NCBI RefSeq assembly: GCF_016282985.1
Contig: NZ_JAEELZ010000041.1
Coordinates: forward strand, 17,498 to 49,497
Length of the DNA stretch: 32,000 nucleotides
Direction: 5' to 3'
Source of the DNA: Methanosphaera sp.
GTDB taxonomy: Archaea; Methanobacteriota; Methanobacteria; Methanobacteriales; Methanobacteriaceae
Shown here piece by piece: positions 9,642 through 18,277 of this stretch (positions are counted from its first letter, which is position 1; the number at the start of each line of letters is the position of its first letter). The notes under the pieces are model-generated. The model had not been told where the DNA came from and made no database searches. It saw nothing but the letters and a program-made list of their open reading frames with translations. The position numbers and the translations under genes are program-made.

Positions 9642-10454
9642 TTGATAAAAAATGTTTACGATGATGAAGTGCCAAAAGTTGTTACAATTCAGGAAACAAT
9701 AATTGAAACACCGACCGTTAAAACTTTTGTATTTCCCTTTGAAATTACGGAGGATATACATCCGGGACAGTTTGTAATGGTATGGGATTTGACTAATGAA
9801 AAACCTATGACAATTTCTATTATTGACAGAGAAAACAATCTTATGGGAATAACAGTACGTAAAGCCGGGCCTTTCACAAACAATATGTATGATAATATTG
9901 ATGTAGGCGATAAAATAGGTATCCGCGGACCTTATGGTCATGGATATGACTTATCTGATTATAAGAAAGTGTTGGCTGTAGGTGGAGGTTCAGGTATTGC
10001 TTCGTTAGCTCCATTATTATCCTTCTATGATAATGTTGAATTAATATCTGCAGCTTCCACAAAAGATGAATTGGTATTTGTGGATAGGTTTAAAAAAGAG
10101 GGCATTTCTGTACATGAATGTACCGATGATGGTAGTTGTGGTTTCTGTGGTTTCAGTACTCAATTGGCCGAAGAAATGTTAGCTGAAGGAGATTACGATA
10201 TAATTGTTGGATGCGGACCCGAAATTATGTCTTACAAACTTCTGGAATTAAGTGAAAAATATGATGTTGACTGTCAATTGGCCTTGGACAGATATATGAA
10301 ATGCGGATTAGGAATCTGTGGACAATGCTGTATAGATGATACGGGTTATAGGGTATGTGTTGAAGGACCTGTATTTGATAAAGAACAGTTAAGTCAGTTA
10401 TCCGAGTTTGGTAAGTATCGTAGGGATGCTGCGGGAAGTATTGTTAAGTATTGA
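9642..10454 (+). CDS. pyrK: Dihydroorotate dehydrogenase electron-transfer subunit (FAD, 2Fe-2S)
   Basis: Track frame 9633..10454. GTG 9633 lies inside the AAGGAG (9628-9633), so in-frame TTG 9642 (8-nt spacer) is more likely. It has a ferredoxin-reductase-like fold and the C-terminal Cys cluster CGLGICGQCC...C. Confidence 0.85.
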   Translation: MIKNVYDDEVPKVVTIQETIIETPTVKTFVFPFEITEDIHPGQFVMVWDLTNEKPMTISIIDRENNLMGITVRKAGPFTNNMYDNIDVGDKIGIRGPYGHGYDLSDYKKVLAVGGGSGIASLAPLLSFYDNVELISAASTKDELVFVDRFKKEGISVHECTDDGSCGFCGFSTQLAEEMLAEGDYDIIVGCGPEIMSYKLLELSEKYDVDCQLALDRYMKCGLGICGQCCIDDTGYRVCVEGPVFDKEQLSQLSEFGKYRRDAAGSIVKY

Positions 10455-10485
10455 TACTTCTCTTTTATTTTTTAAACAATTATAT

Positions 10486-10520
10486 TATAACTTAATAAGT
10501 TATAACTAATAAGTTATAAA
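10486..10520. repeat. Intergenic palindromic repeat family, copy A (variant)
   Basis: The sequence is TTATAACTTAATAAGTTATAACTAATAAGTTATAA, containing AAGTTATAAC(T) twice. It sits between the convergent pyrK and hjc stops and is flanked by their T-runs. Confidence 0.7.
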
Positions 10521-10525
10521 AAAAA

Positions 10526-10936
10526 TTAGATTAATTTGGTTTGTTTTGTTCCACCAATAATCTCTTCAAAATCCAATCCTTTACTAAAAGCAAGATCTGT
10601 ATTAACACGATAATTGTTGCTACGGGTTACGTGCAAATCTTCTAATTTTATGAATCTCCAAGGTTTTCTAATAAATTTGGCGCCGACATACGGTTTTGCA
10701 CCAAAAATTTCAGAAAATTCTATTAAATTAGTAATCTTTTCATTATCTATATAAATATGGTCTTGTTTAGTAGATTTAACTTCAATTGCAAGATATAACT
10801 TACTATTTCCTGCAAGAACATCAGGTAATGGTCTTTTAGTAGCACCACCACTTGCAGGTGCACGCATAGCTGCAAAACCTGCTTCCCATAATTTGTTTAC
10901 CAAATCTCTTTCTTCAACAGAACCCGTTTTACTCAT
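10526..10936 (-). CDS. hjc: Holliday junction resolvase Hjc
   Basis: 136 aa. It aligns by eye to archaeal Hjc: GSVEERDLVNKLWEAGFAAMRAPASG, PDVLAG, LAIEVKSTK, plus the C-terminal WRF. Confidence 0.9.
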   Translation of the reverse strand: MSKTGSVEERDLVNKLWEAGFAAMRAPASGGATKRPLPDVLAGNSKLYLAIEVKSTKQDHIYIDNEKITNLIEFSEIFGAKPYVGAKFIRKPWRFIKLEDLHVTRSNNYRVNTDLAFSKGLDFEEIIGGTKQTKLI

Positions 10937-11039
10937 ATTATTAATTCCAAAAAATTATAATTATATCTTTATTAAACATTCCTTATTAATTTTGAATTTT
11001 CTTTTAAACTTTAACTTCTATTATTATAAGTAATTATTA

Positions 11040-11062
11040 AATAAGTTATAACTTATAACTTA
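11040..11062. repeat. Intergenic palindromic repeat family, copy B
   Basis: The sequence is AATAAGTTATAACTTATAACTTA. The 18-mer core AAGTTATAACTTATAACT is at 11043-11060. AAGTTATAACTT is a perfect 12-bp palindrome. Confidence 0.8.
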
Positions 11063-11086
11063 GTTACTTATATGATTATTATCATC

Positions 11087-11096
11087 AAAAAAAAAA
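11087..11096 (-). terminator. Oligo-T (T10) terminator of the thioesterase gene
   Basis: A10 on the plus strand lies 29 nt past the stop codon at 11125-11127. Confidence 0.5.
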
Positions 11097-11124
11097 TATC
11101 TTTAAAAAGAGGAAGATTTAAAAA

Positions 11125-11523
11125 TTATAATTTAAATCCTGTTCCAATAAATTGAGCAACATCACGTCCTGTGTCATCACTTACATCCACATTAATGATG
11201 GATGTTGTTCGGCCATTTTTTCTGCACGTTGCTTTTGCAATCAGTTTATCGCCTTTGGGTGCACTGAGGTATAATATATTTACATTCTGAGCTACAGTTA
11301 ATGAATGTATATTGTTTGATAATATAGCAAACGCAAAGTCAGCAAGTGTAAATATGGCTCCACCCATTACTCCGCCATATGCATTTCTATGATTGTCATT
11401 AAGTTCCATGCTACAGATACAATATTCTTCAGTAAGTTCATCTAAAGTAACTCCTGCATTTGTAGCAAATTTATCATTTTTAAAATTTTTTCGAGCTTCC
11501 TCAAGTGTTTTATATGTTCCCAT
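11125..11523 (-). CDS. PaaI-family hotdog-fold thioesterase
   Basis: 132 aa. The GGVMGGAIFTLADFAFA motif and overall size are typical of PaaI/4HBT thioesterases. Confidence 0.75.
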   Translation of the reverse strand: MGTYKTLEEARKNFKNDKFATNAGVTLDELTEEYCICSMELNDNHRNAYGGVMGGAIFTLADFAFAILSNNIHSLTVAQNVNILYLSAPKGDKLIAKATCRKNGRTTSIINVDVSDDTGRDVAQFIGTGFKL

Positions 11524-11742
11524 TATATCACATGTATTCTATTTAACTAAATTTAATTAATATTTTATATGTATATTATCATTAAAAAAATGTTTCATCG
11601 ATATATCAATTTTTATAATATATGGTTCCTTTTTTTTCAATTTTATTAATTTTTACTCTTGATTGAAATTTCATTGTAAAACCATGGGGGTATTATGAAA
11701 TTTATGAAAAATACTTTTAATAATAAAAACAGATATAGAATT

Positions 11743-11766
11743 AACGATATTACTAATATCGTTTTT
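11743..11766 (+). promoter_or_regulatory. Perfect 9-bp hairpin/palindrome plus T-run upstream of the 712-aa adhesin gene
   Basis: AACGATATT-ACT-AATATCGTT is followed by TTT. It ends 36 nt before ATG 11802. Confidence 0.3.
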
Positions 11767-11801
11767 AGATTTTTTATTAATTGATTTAAAGGGAGGTAAC
11801 T

Positions 11802-13940
11802 ATGAAAACGAAGTATTTGTTCTCATTTATCGCATTAATTATATTATTTTTTTCAGTAAGTTGTGTTTTTGCAGTAGATGATTTTACTACATTGGATCAA
11901 TCTGCTTCTGTAAGTCAGGAATCTGATATTACTCTTGAAAAAATTAATCAAGTAAATGTAGATAATCATGTATCGATTAAGGGTAACGTAACGGATAATA
12001 ATGGTCAAGCCATTAAAAATACTGATGTTAATGTTTCATTAACAAGATTAGGTTATGGTGATAATGAATATTTGCCTGTAGCTTCAGAAATTATAAAAAC
12101 TGATGAAAATGGTGTTTATAATTATTCTTATAAATCCGATATTGGTGGACAATTAAATATCACTGTATTTAATAAAGATATTAACAAAGGGGTTAATGCA
12201 TCAGTATTTATCGCACCAAAATCTACAAATGTTTCAATGACTGATCTTGAAGATATTGATTTGGGAGATGCTGTTAATATTACCGGAAAATTAACGGATT
12301 GTGACGGTAATGTTCTTAGATATACTGGAGTTGGTGTATTGATTTCAGGTAAAGGATACGGTGAAAAAAATATAACCCAATATGTTAAGGAATACGTCAA
12401 AACGGATAAAGATGGTAATTACAATTATCTTTACAAACCAGTTGTTGGTGGAAGTTTAGATGTATGCGTTTATTATGGGGGATATCATTATTACCGATTT
12501 AATCAATCAACTTCACATTTATGGGTCATGCCAAAATCAACCAAGGTTTCATTAAATGAAATACAAAAAACTGGTGATGAAATTTTCACGATAAGTGGTA
12601 GATTAACTGATGTGAATGATAAACCTTTGAGAAATACTAGTGTTGGATTATTATTCAATGGCGGTGAGAAAGTATATGTTAAAACGGATCTGTCCGGAAA
12701 TTTCACCTATGATTACATTCCTAAGTATACTGGAATAACAAGAGTTACAGCATACTATCCGGGATATCAAGTTTACAGATTCAACAAAACAGAAACTGTA
12801 CTTGATGTTGATGCAAAAGAATTAATTGTTACTATAGAGCCTATTAAAGATGTTTTTGTAGGGGATAATATTATAGTATATGGTAAAGTGACAGATGAAA
12901 ATGGAGTTTCAATAAGTAATATGGATGTTGAAGTGGTATTACCAAAAGAGTATACTCGAGATAAAAAAGATGTTACAAGGAAAGATAGGACATATAATGG
13001 TTTATTCTCGGCTAATTTTGAATATTACCGTACTCATCCGGTTGATGGAAATATAACTTTATTAATAAATATAATTGGAAATAAAAAGCCAGTAAATATA
13101 AATACATATACTTTCGAGTATCCTAAACCAGTTACTAAAATAGGTAGGGTGATTTTGGATCCTATAAAAAATATTACATTTGGTGAAAATTTAACAATAT
13201 CTGGTAAAGTCATTGATGAAAATAATATGCCAATTAAACATAGAAAAATGACGATTTTCATTGATGATTCTAGAAAATTTGTTACAACAGATGAAAATGG
13301 ATTATTTGCTCTATCAACTAGTTATTTGGATCCTAGTGGTCATGATATAGGTCAACATCATGTGTATGTATTATTTGATCATCAAAATAATTTTTTCGAG
13401 GATAAAGTAGTTCAATCATCAGAATTTTCAATTAAAGATTTAACTGACTATTCAAATTTTCCAATGTATACTTTTGATATCTTAAGTTCATATAATAGGA
13501 ATGCATTTTTATCATTCGATATAGTATGGGCAGCTCGCTATAGAGATGATTATCAATCAACTGTTGTAGCCGCTTTTATTTTTGATGATTCAGGTAACAC
13601 TGATGGAATTAATGGTTTTGGTACTTCTCGTAAATATCATCCAATAAGTTTTTCAAGTGCGGGTTGTGATTTTTCAAAACAGTCAGCAACATATACGTTA
13701 TATGCAAGAAAAATTTATTATTCGACTGTTACTACTGTTAAATATTTAGTAAGGATAGGAACTCCAAATTCTTTAAGATATTATTATTATAACTCTTCTA
13801 AATTCACTGAAAGCAATCAATATGTGCAAAATAATGACTATAAATGGTTGAGAATTGCGAAAGTCACTGTGGATAATGGAGAATTCAAATCAATTGAACA
13901 TCTTCTTCCAGTGGATGAGGAATATGTAACATATTATTAA
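11802..13940 (+). CDS. Secreted adhesin-like protein with about six carboxypeptidase-regulatory-like (Ig-like beta-sandwich) repeats and an unassigned C-terminal domain
   Basis: 712 aa with GGAGG 6 nt upstream and a signal peptide (MKTKYLFSFIALIILFFSVSCVFA). An ~100-aa unit recurs: I(K/T/S)G(N/K/R)(V/L)TD.(N/D)G..(I/L).N(T)..V...... (V/I)KTD.(N/D)G.(Y/F).Y.Y. The last ~190 aa match nothing I recognise. Confidence 0.8.
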   Translation: MKTKYLFSFIALIILFFSVSCVFAVDDFTTLDQSASVSQESDITLEKINQVNVDNHVSIKGNVTDNNGQAIKNTDVNVSLTRLGYGDNEYLPVASEIIKTDENGVYNYSYKSDIGGQLNITVFNKDINKGVNASVFIAPKSTNVSMTDLEDIDLGDAVNITGKLTDCDGNVLRYTGVGVLISGKGYGEKNITQYVKEYVKTDKDGNYNYLYKPVVGGSLDVCVYYGGYHYYRFNQSTSHLWVMPKSTKVSLNEIQKTGDEIFTISGRLTDVNDKPLRNTSVGLLFNGGEKVYVKTDLSGNFTYDYIPKYTGITRVTAYYPGYQVYRFNKTETVLDVDAKELIVTIEPIKDVFVGDNIIVYGKVTDENGVSISNMDVEVVLPKEYTRDKKDVTRKDRTYNGLFSANFEYYRTHPVDGNITLLINIIGNKKPVNINTYTFEYPKPVTKIGRVILDPIKNITFGENLTISGKVIDENNMPIKHRKMTIFIDDSRKFVTTDENGLFALSTSYLDPSGHDIGQHHVYVLFDHQNNFFEDKVVQSSEFSIKDLTDYSNFPMYTFDILSSYNRNAFLSFDIVWAARYRDDYQSTVVAAFIFDDSGNTDGINGFGTSRKYHPISFSSAGCDFSKQSATYTLYARKIYYSTVTTVKYLVRIGTPNSLRYYYYNSSKFTESNQYVQNNDYKWLRIAKVTVDNGEFKSIEHLLPVDEEYVTYY

Positions 13941-13946
13941 AAATCC

Positions 13947-13963
13947 TTTTTTTTCTTTTTTTT
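13947..13963 (+). terminator. Oligo-T terminator of the 712-aa adhesin gene
   Basis: The sequence is T8-C-T8, starting 7 nt after the stop codon. Archaeal termination occurs at oligo-T tracts. Confidence 0.55.
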
Positions 13964-14094
13964 GAAAATTATTTTTTAAATTTATTTTGTAAAGATTTAT
14001 TGTTTATATAAATCCAATGAGTAATCTCTTTTTAAAATTAGCATATTATAATTGATGATTTTTAAAATTTTATTAGAATAGTTAGAAAGGTGGT

Positions 14095-14127
14095 TAAAAA
14101 AAAGAAATGTATTGATTCTAAACGAAT

Positions 14128-14128
<1 letters not shown>
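14095..14128 (-). terminator. gdhA terminator: short hairpin plus T9
   Basis: GATTC-TAAAC-GAATC (14114-14128) overlaps the stop codon by 1 nt. T9 on the minus strand (A9 at 14095-14103) follows. Confidence 0.5.
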
Positions 14129-15477
<1,349 letters not shown>

Positions 15478-15526
15478 CTATAATAATTTTATTATTTCTT
15501 AGTATCGTTTGGTATTAAGAACATAG

Positions 15527-15540
15527 GAAACATATTTCCG
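15527..15540. promoter_or_regulatory. GGAA-N6-TTCC palindrome (NrpR nitrogen-operator consensus) in the gdhA promoter
   Basis: The sequence is GGAAACATATTTCC, a perfect GGAAA-N4-TTTCC inverted repeat. It lies 65-78 nt upstream of the gdhA ATG and 13-15 nt downstream of the TATA-like box, where the transcription start is expected. Confidence 0.45.
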
Positions 15541-15552
15541 TTTCCTCTACAC

Positions 15553-15563
15553 TTATATATGGT
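15553..15563 (-). promoter_or_regulatory. Putative TATA box of gdhA
   Basis: The minus strand reads CCATATATAAG, about 95 nt upstream of the gdhA start codon. This is the only strong TATA-like element close to the gene. Confidence 0.4.
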
Positions 15564-15730
15564 TTTCATAGTATTTATAATTATTTTTTATAGTGTTTAA
15601 AAAAGCTATTTTGTTTAATTTTATAGTTATTTAAATTAATTTTTCTAAAAATTTTTTAAACCTTGTCCTTTTTTCTTTATTTTGTTTAATTCTGTGATTC
15701 TATTTTTATGTTTTTGTTTTATCAAATTCT

Positions 15731-15803
15731 TTGTTATAACTACTATCTTATTAACTTATATCTTATTTCTTATAACTAAAAAGTTATAACTTATAACTTA
15801 TAA
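15731..15803. repeat. Intergenic palindromic repeat family, copy C (extended)
   Basis: GTTATAAC is at 15733-15740. CTTATTTCTTATAACT at 15762-15777 is shared with copy D. The identical 18-mer core is at 15781-15798. Confidence 0.8.
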
Positions 15804-15814
15804 TAATAATATTT

Positions 15815-15822
15815 AAAAAAAA
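15815..15822 (-). terminator. Oligo-T (T8) terminator of the AAA ATPase operon
   Basis: A8 on the plus strand lies 5 nt past the stop codon at 15827-15829. Confidence 0.5.
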
Positions 15823-15826
15823 TAAA

Positions 15827-16942
15827 TTAGGAAAACATGGCATCGGATTTTACAAACTCTTTATGACTTTCACTGATTGCATAATCAATATCTTCATCAG
15901 TTATCACTTCTTTAGACTCAGATATTGCCTTATGAAGTGCTGTCTTTAAAACTTTTTGTTTAATGTCCCTACCAGAAAAACCTTTGGTTTTTTCAACACA
16001 ATCATTTAAATTAAACATACATTCCAAAGGTAAAGTTTTCATATTTTTCTCTAAAATTTTTAACCTATCCTCTTCATCAGGTAATGTAAATTCAATCTCT
16101 TCCTCGAACCTGCTTCTAATAGCATAATCAAGCAATGATGGATTATTGGTAGCACAAATTGTTATAACGCTATCATTATCGTCCATACCATCCATTTCAG
16201 TAAGAAGAGCATTTACTATTTCTGTAACGTCTCCTCTCAGTGATTGGTATTTTCTCTCCAGGGCAATAGCATCAATCTCATCAATAAATATGACTGTAGG
16301 TTTTTTAAGTCTGGCTTGAGCATACAGCTCATGGATTTGACTGGAACCATCACCTACATGATTACCTATTAAACTTGTTGCTTTAATCATTTGAATATTA
16401 ACATTTAATTCATTTGCCAAAGCTTGAGCAAGCATGGTTTTACCGGTACCCGGCATACCATAAAATAATATGTTTTTAGGGGCCCATCCATTAAATTTTT
16501 CAGGTTCCTCCAGATACTTTGTAATAATTTTTGTTTTTGATTTAGCCTTTTCCTGACCTATAACGTCATCAAAGCAAATGTCTCTTTGAGTTTTTAAAAG
16601 GTTCACATTACTTTCCGGAGCAATTACTAATATGGATGTATTGTTGGTAATATATGAATTGTCCGGTCTTGCTTCTGCAACCTGGAAAGCAAAATCAGGC
16701 ATTAATTTCTGATCAAAGATGTACTGATTTTTATGTACTCTATAGCCATTCCATTGTTCCTTTGCATATATCTCAAATAATTCTTTATTACTTACTTCAA
16801 TTTGAGGAGATTCAATGAAATTACTTTCAACCGGGTAACCAACCGGTTCCAATACTAACAATTTTGTTTCTATTCTGTTTTGGACGATTTGTTGTCTAAT
16901 CTGTTGATCAGTCATGTATCTATTATCATTTCTATTTTTCAT
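15827..16942 (-). CDS. Single-module AAA+ ATPase (resembles the AMA-type AAA protein of methanogens/Archaeoglobus)
   Basis: 371 aa. Walker A is GMPGTGKT, Walker B is VIFIDEIDA, and the second region of homology is ATNNPSLLDYAIRSRF. A strong GGGGTGAT lies 4-5 nt upstream of the ATG. It is too short for PAN and has no coiled coil or OB domain. Confidence 0.8.
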   Translation of the reverse strand: MKNRNDNRYMTDQQIRQQIVQNRIETKLLVLEPVGYPVESNFIESPQIEVSNKELFEIYAKEQWNGYRVHKNQYIFDQKLMPDFAFQVAEARPDNSYITNNTSILVIAPESNVNLLKTQRDICFDDVIGQEKAKSKTKIITKYLEEPEKFNGWAPKNILFYGMPGTGKTMLAQALANELNVNIQMIKATSLIGNHVGDGSSQIHELYAQARLKKPTVIFIDEIDAIALERKYQSLRGDVTEIVNALLTEMDGMDDNDSVITICATNNPSLLDYAIRSRFEEEIEFTLPDEEDRLKILEKNMKTLPLECMFNLNDCVEKTKGFSGRDIKQKVLKTALHKAISESKEVITDEDIDYAISESHKEFVKSDAMFS

Positions 16943-16965
16943 TGTATCACCCCTTTTAATTTGGA

Positions 16966-17175
16966 TTATATTTTGATAATTATATGATTTTCTTCATCTT
17001 TATCCATATTAAACTCAACGTCATCTAATCCTTTATAAAGAATATCAAATATTTCCCATAACGTATCATCATCGGCTTTAATCACTATGGAAGTTTCCTC
17101 TTTTTCAACAATAATGTTGGGAAAATCGTTTTTTAAATCATTAATTATCTGGTTTTGTAATTTTTCTTTTGACAT
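16966..17175 (-). CDS. Small acidic hypothetical protein (69 aa)
   Basis: It sits between trxB (7-nt gap) and the AAA ATPase (23-nt gap) on the same strand. AGGA lies 6 nt upstream of its ATG. I recognise no family. Confidence 0.5.
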   Translation of the reverse strand: MSKEKLQNQIINDLKNDFPNIIVEKEETSIVIKADDDTLWEIFDILYKGLDDVEFNMDKDEENHIIIKI

Positions 17176-17182
17176 AACAATC

Positions 17183-18085
17183 CTAGATTAATAAATATTG
17201 GATTTTTTCTGCAGCTATGGCTCCTTGTCCTTCTGCCACCACAATCTGTTTTATTCCACCGGTAACATCACCAACAGCATAGATTCCATCACCATTGGTT
17301 TTCATGTTTTTATCTGTGACGATATATCCTAAATCATCACATTCAACACCTAACTCCAATGCTAACTGATTATTTGGAATATTTCCTATGGCAATGAATA
17401 TGCCGCTTACCTTGACAGTTATTTCTTCGCCTGTCATTCTGTTGGAAATTACAGCTTCTTCTACTCGCATATCTCCCTTGACTTCTTTCAATTCACTGTT
17501 CCAATAAACGGGGATTTTATTTTTTGCAAGATCTTCCTGTAGTTTAATATCACATCTTAATGTGTCACGTCTGTGTACAATGCTACATTTCACGCCGATA
17601 CGTTTCAGGTATAAAGCTTCGGTAGCTGCACTGTTTCCTCCACCGATAACAAGAACTTCTTTGTCAACGAAGAAATTTCCATCACATACGGCACAGTATG
17701 ATACACCTCTGCCCGTAAATTCTTCAACACCAGGAGCATCCAATGTTTGATGGGTGGATCCTGTTGCAAGTATTAAAAATTGTGAACTGAAATTACCCTT
17801 ATTTGTTTCAAGGTTATAACTTAAACCAATTGCCTTTTCAATTTTTGTGATATTTACAAATTCAATTATTTCACAGTACTGTTTTGCCTGTTCGGAAGTA
17901 CTTTTCATTAAGTCCATACCAGGTACTTTGTCAATACCTGGGAAATTTTCCACTAGGGGGGCAGTATTTGCAGTACCTCCACACTGGGCTTTATCCAAGA
18001 TTAAGGTATTGAGTCCTGCACGTCCTGCATAAATGCCTGCAGTAAGACCGGCAGGTCCTGCTCCTATTATAATAAGATCATACAT
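17183..18085 (-). CDS. trxB: Thioredoxin-disulfide reductase (NADPH-type motifs)
   Basis: 300 aa. Motifs: GAGPAG (FAD), redox-active CAVCDG, GGGNSA plus HRRDTLR (NADPH 2'-phosphate binding), GDVTG. Confidence 0.9.
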   Translation of the reverse strand: MYDLIIIGAGPAGLTAGIYAGRAGLNTLILDKAQCGGTANTAPLVENFPGIDKVPGMDLMKSTSEQAKQYCEIIEFVNITKIEKAIGLSYNLETNKGNFSSQFLILATGSTHQTLDAPGVEEFTGRGVSYCAVCDGNFFVDKEVLVIGGGNSAATEALYLKRIGVKCSIVHRRDTLRCDIKLQEDLAKNKIPVYWNSELKEVKGDMRVEEAVISNRMTGEEITVKVSGIFIAIGNIPNNQLALELGVECDDLGYIVTDKNMKTNGDGIYAVGDVTGGIKQIVVAEGQGAIAAEKIQYLLI

Positions 18086-18277
18086 ATAATTTCACTTTTA
18101 TTCTTTTTTTAATAAATAATAATTATATATGTATTATTCTTTTAGTTAAAATTTTACATATTTGATTTTTTCTATTCAAAAGATTGATTTTTAAATTTTA
18201 TATACTATTCTTATCATATAAAATATTGGAAGAATATTTTTAAATAAAAATATATTAAATGCTTCGAGGTTTTTCAA

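Noticed and set aside
12128-13261. Minus-strand ORFs 12128..12400, 12503..12706 and 13034..13261 inside the 712-aa adhesin gene
   Set aside because: They are antisense shadows of a repetitive coding region with no independent support.
14060-14127. TGATGA at ~14063 as a possible box C of a C/D sRNA
   Set aside because: The flanking base gives TTGATGA, not RTGATGA. No CTGA box D or D' occurs within the following ~70 nt, and there are no terminal complementary stems.
17562-18032. Plus-strand ORFs 17562..17750 and 17847..18032
   Set aside because: They are antisense to trxB, which carries the complete FAD, NADPH and CxxC motif set.
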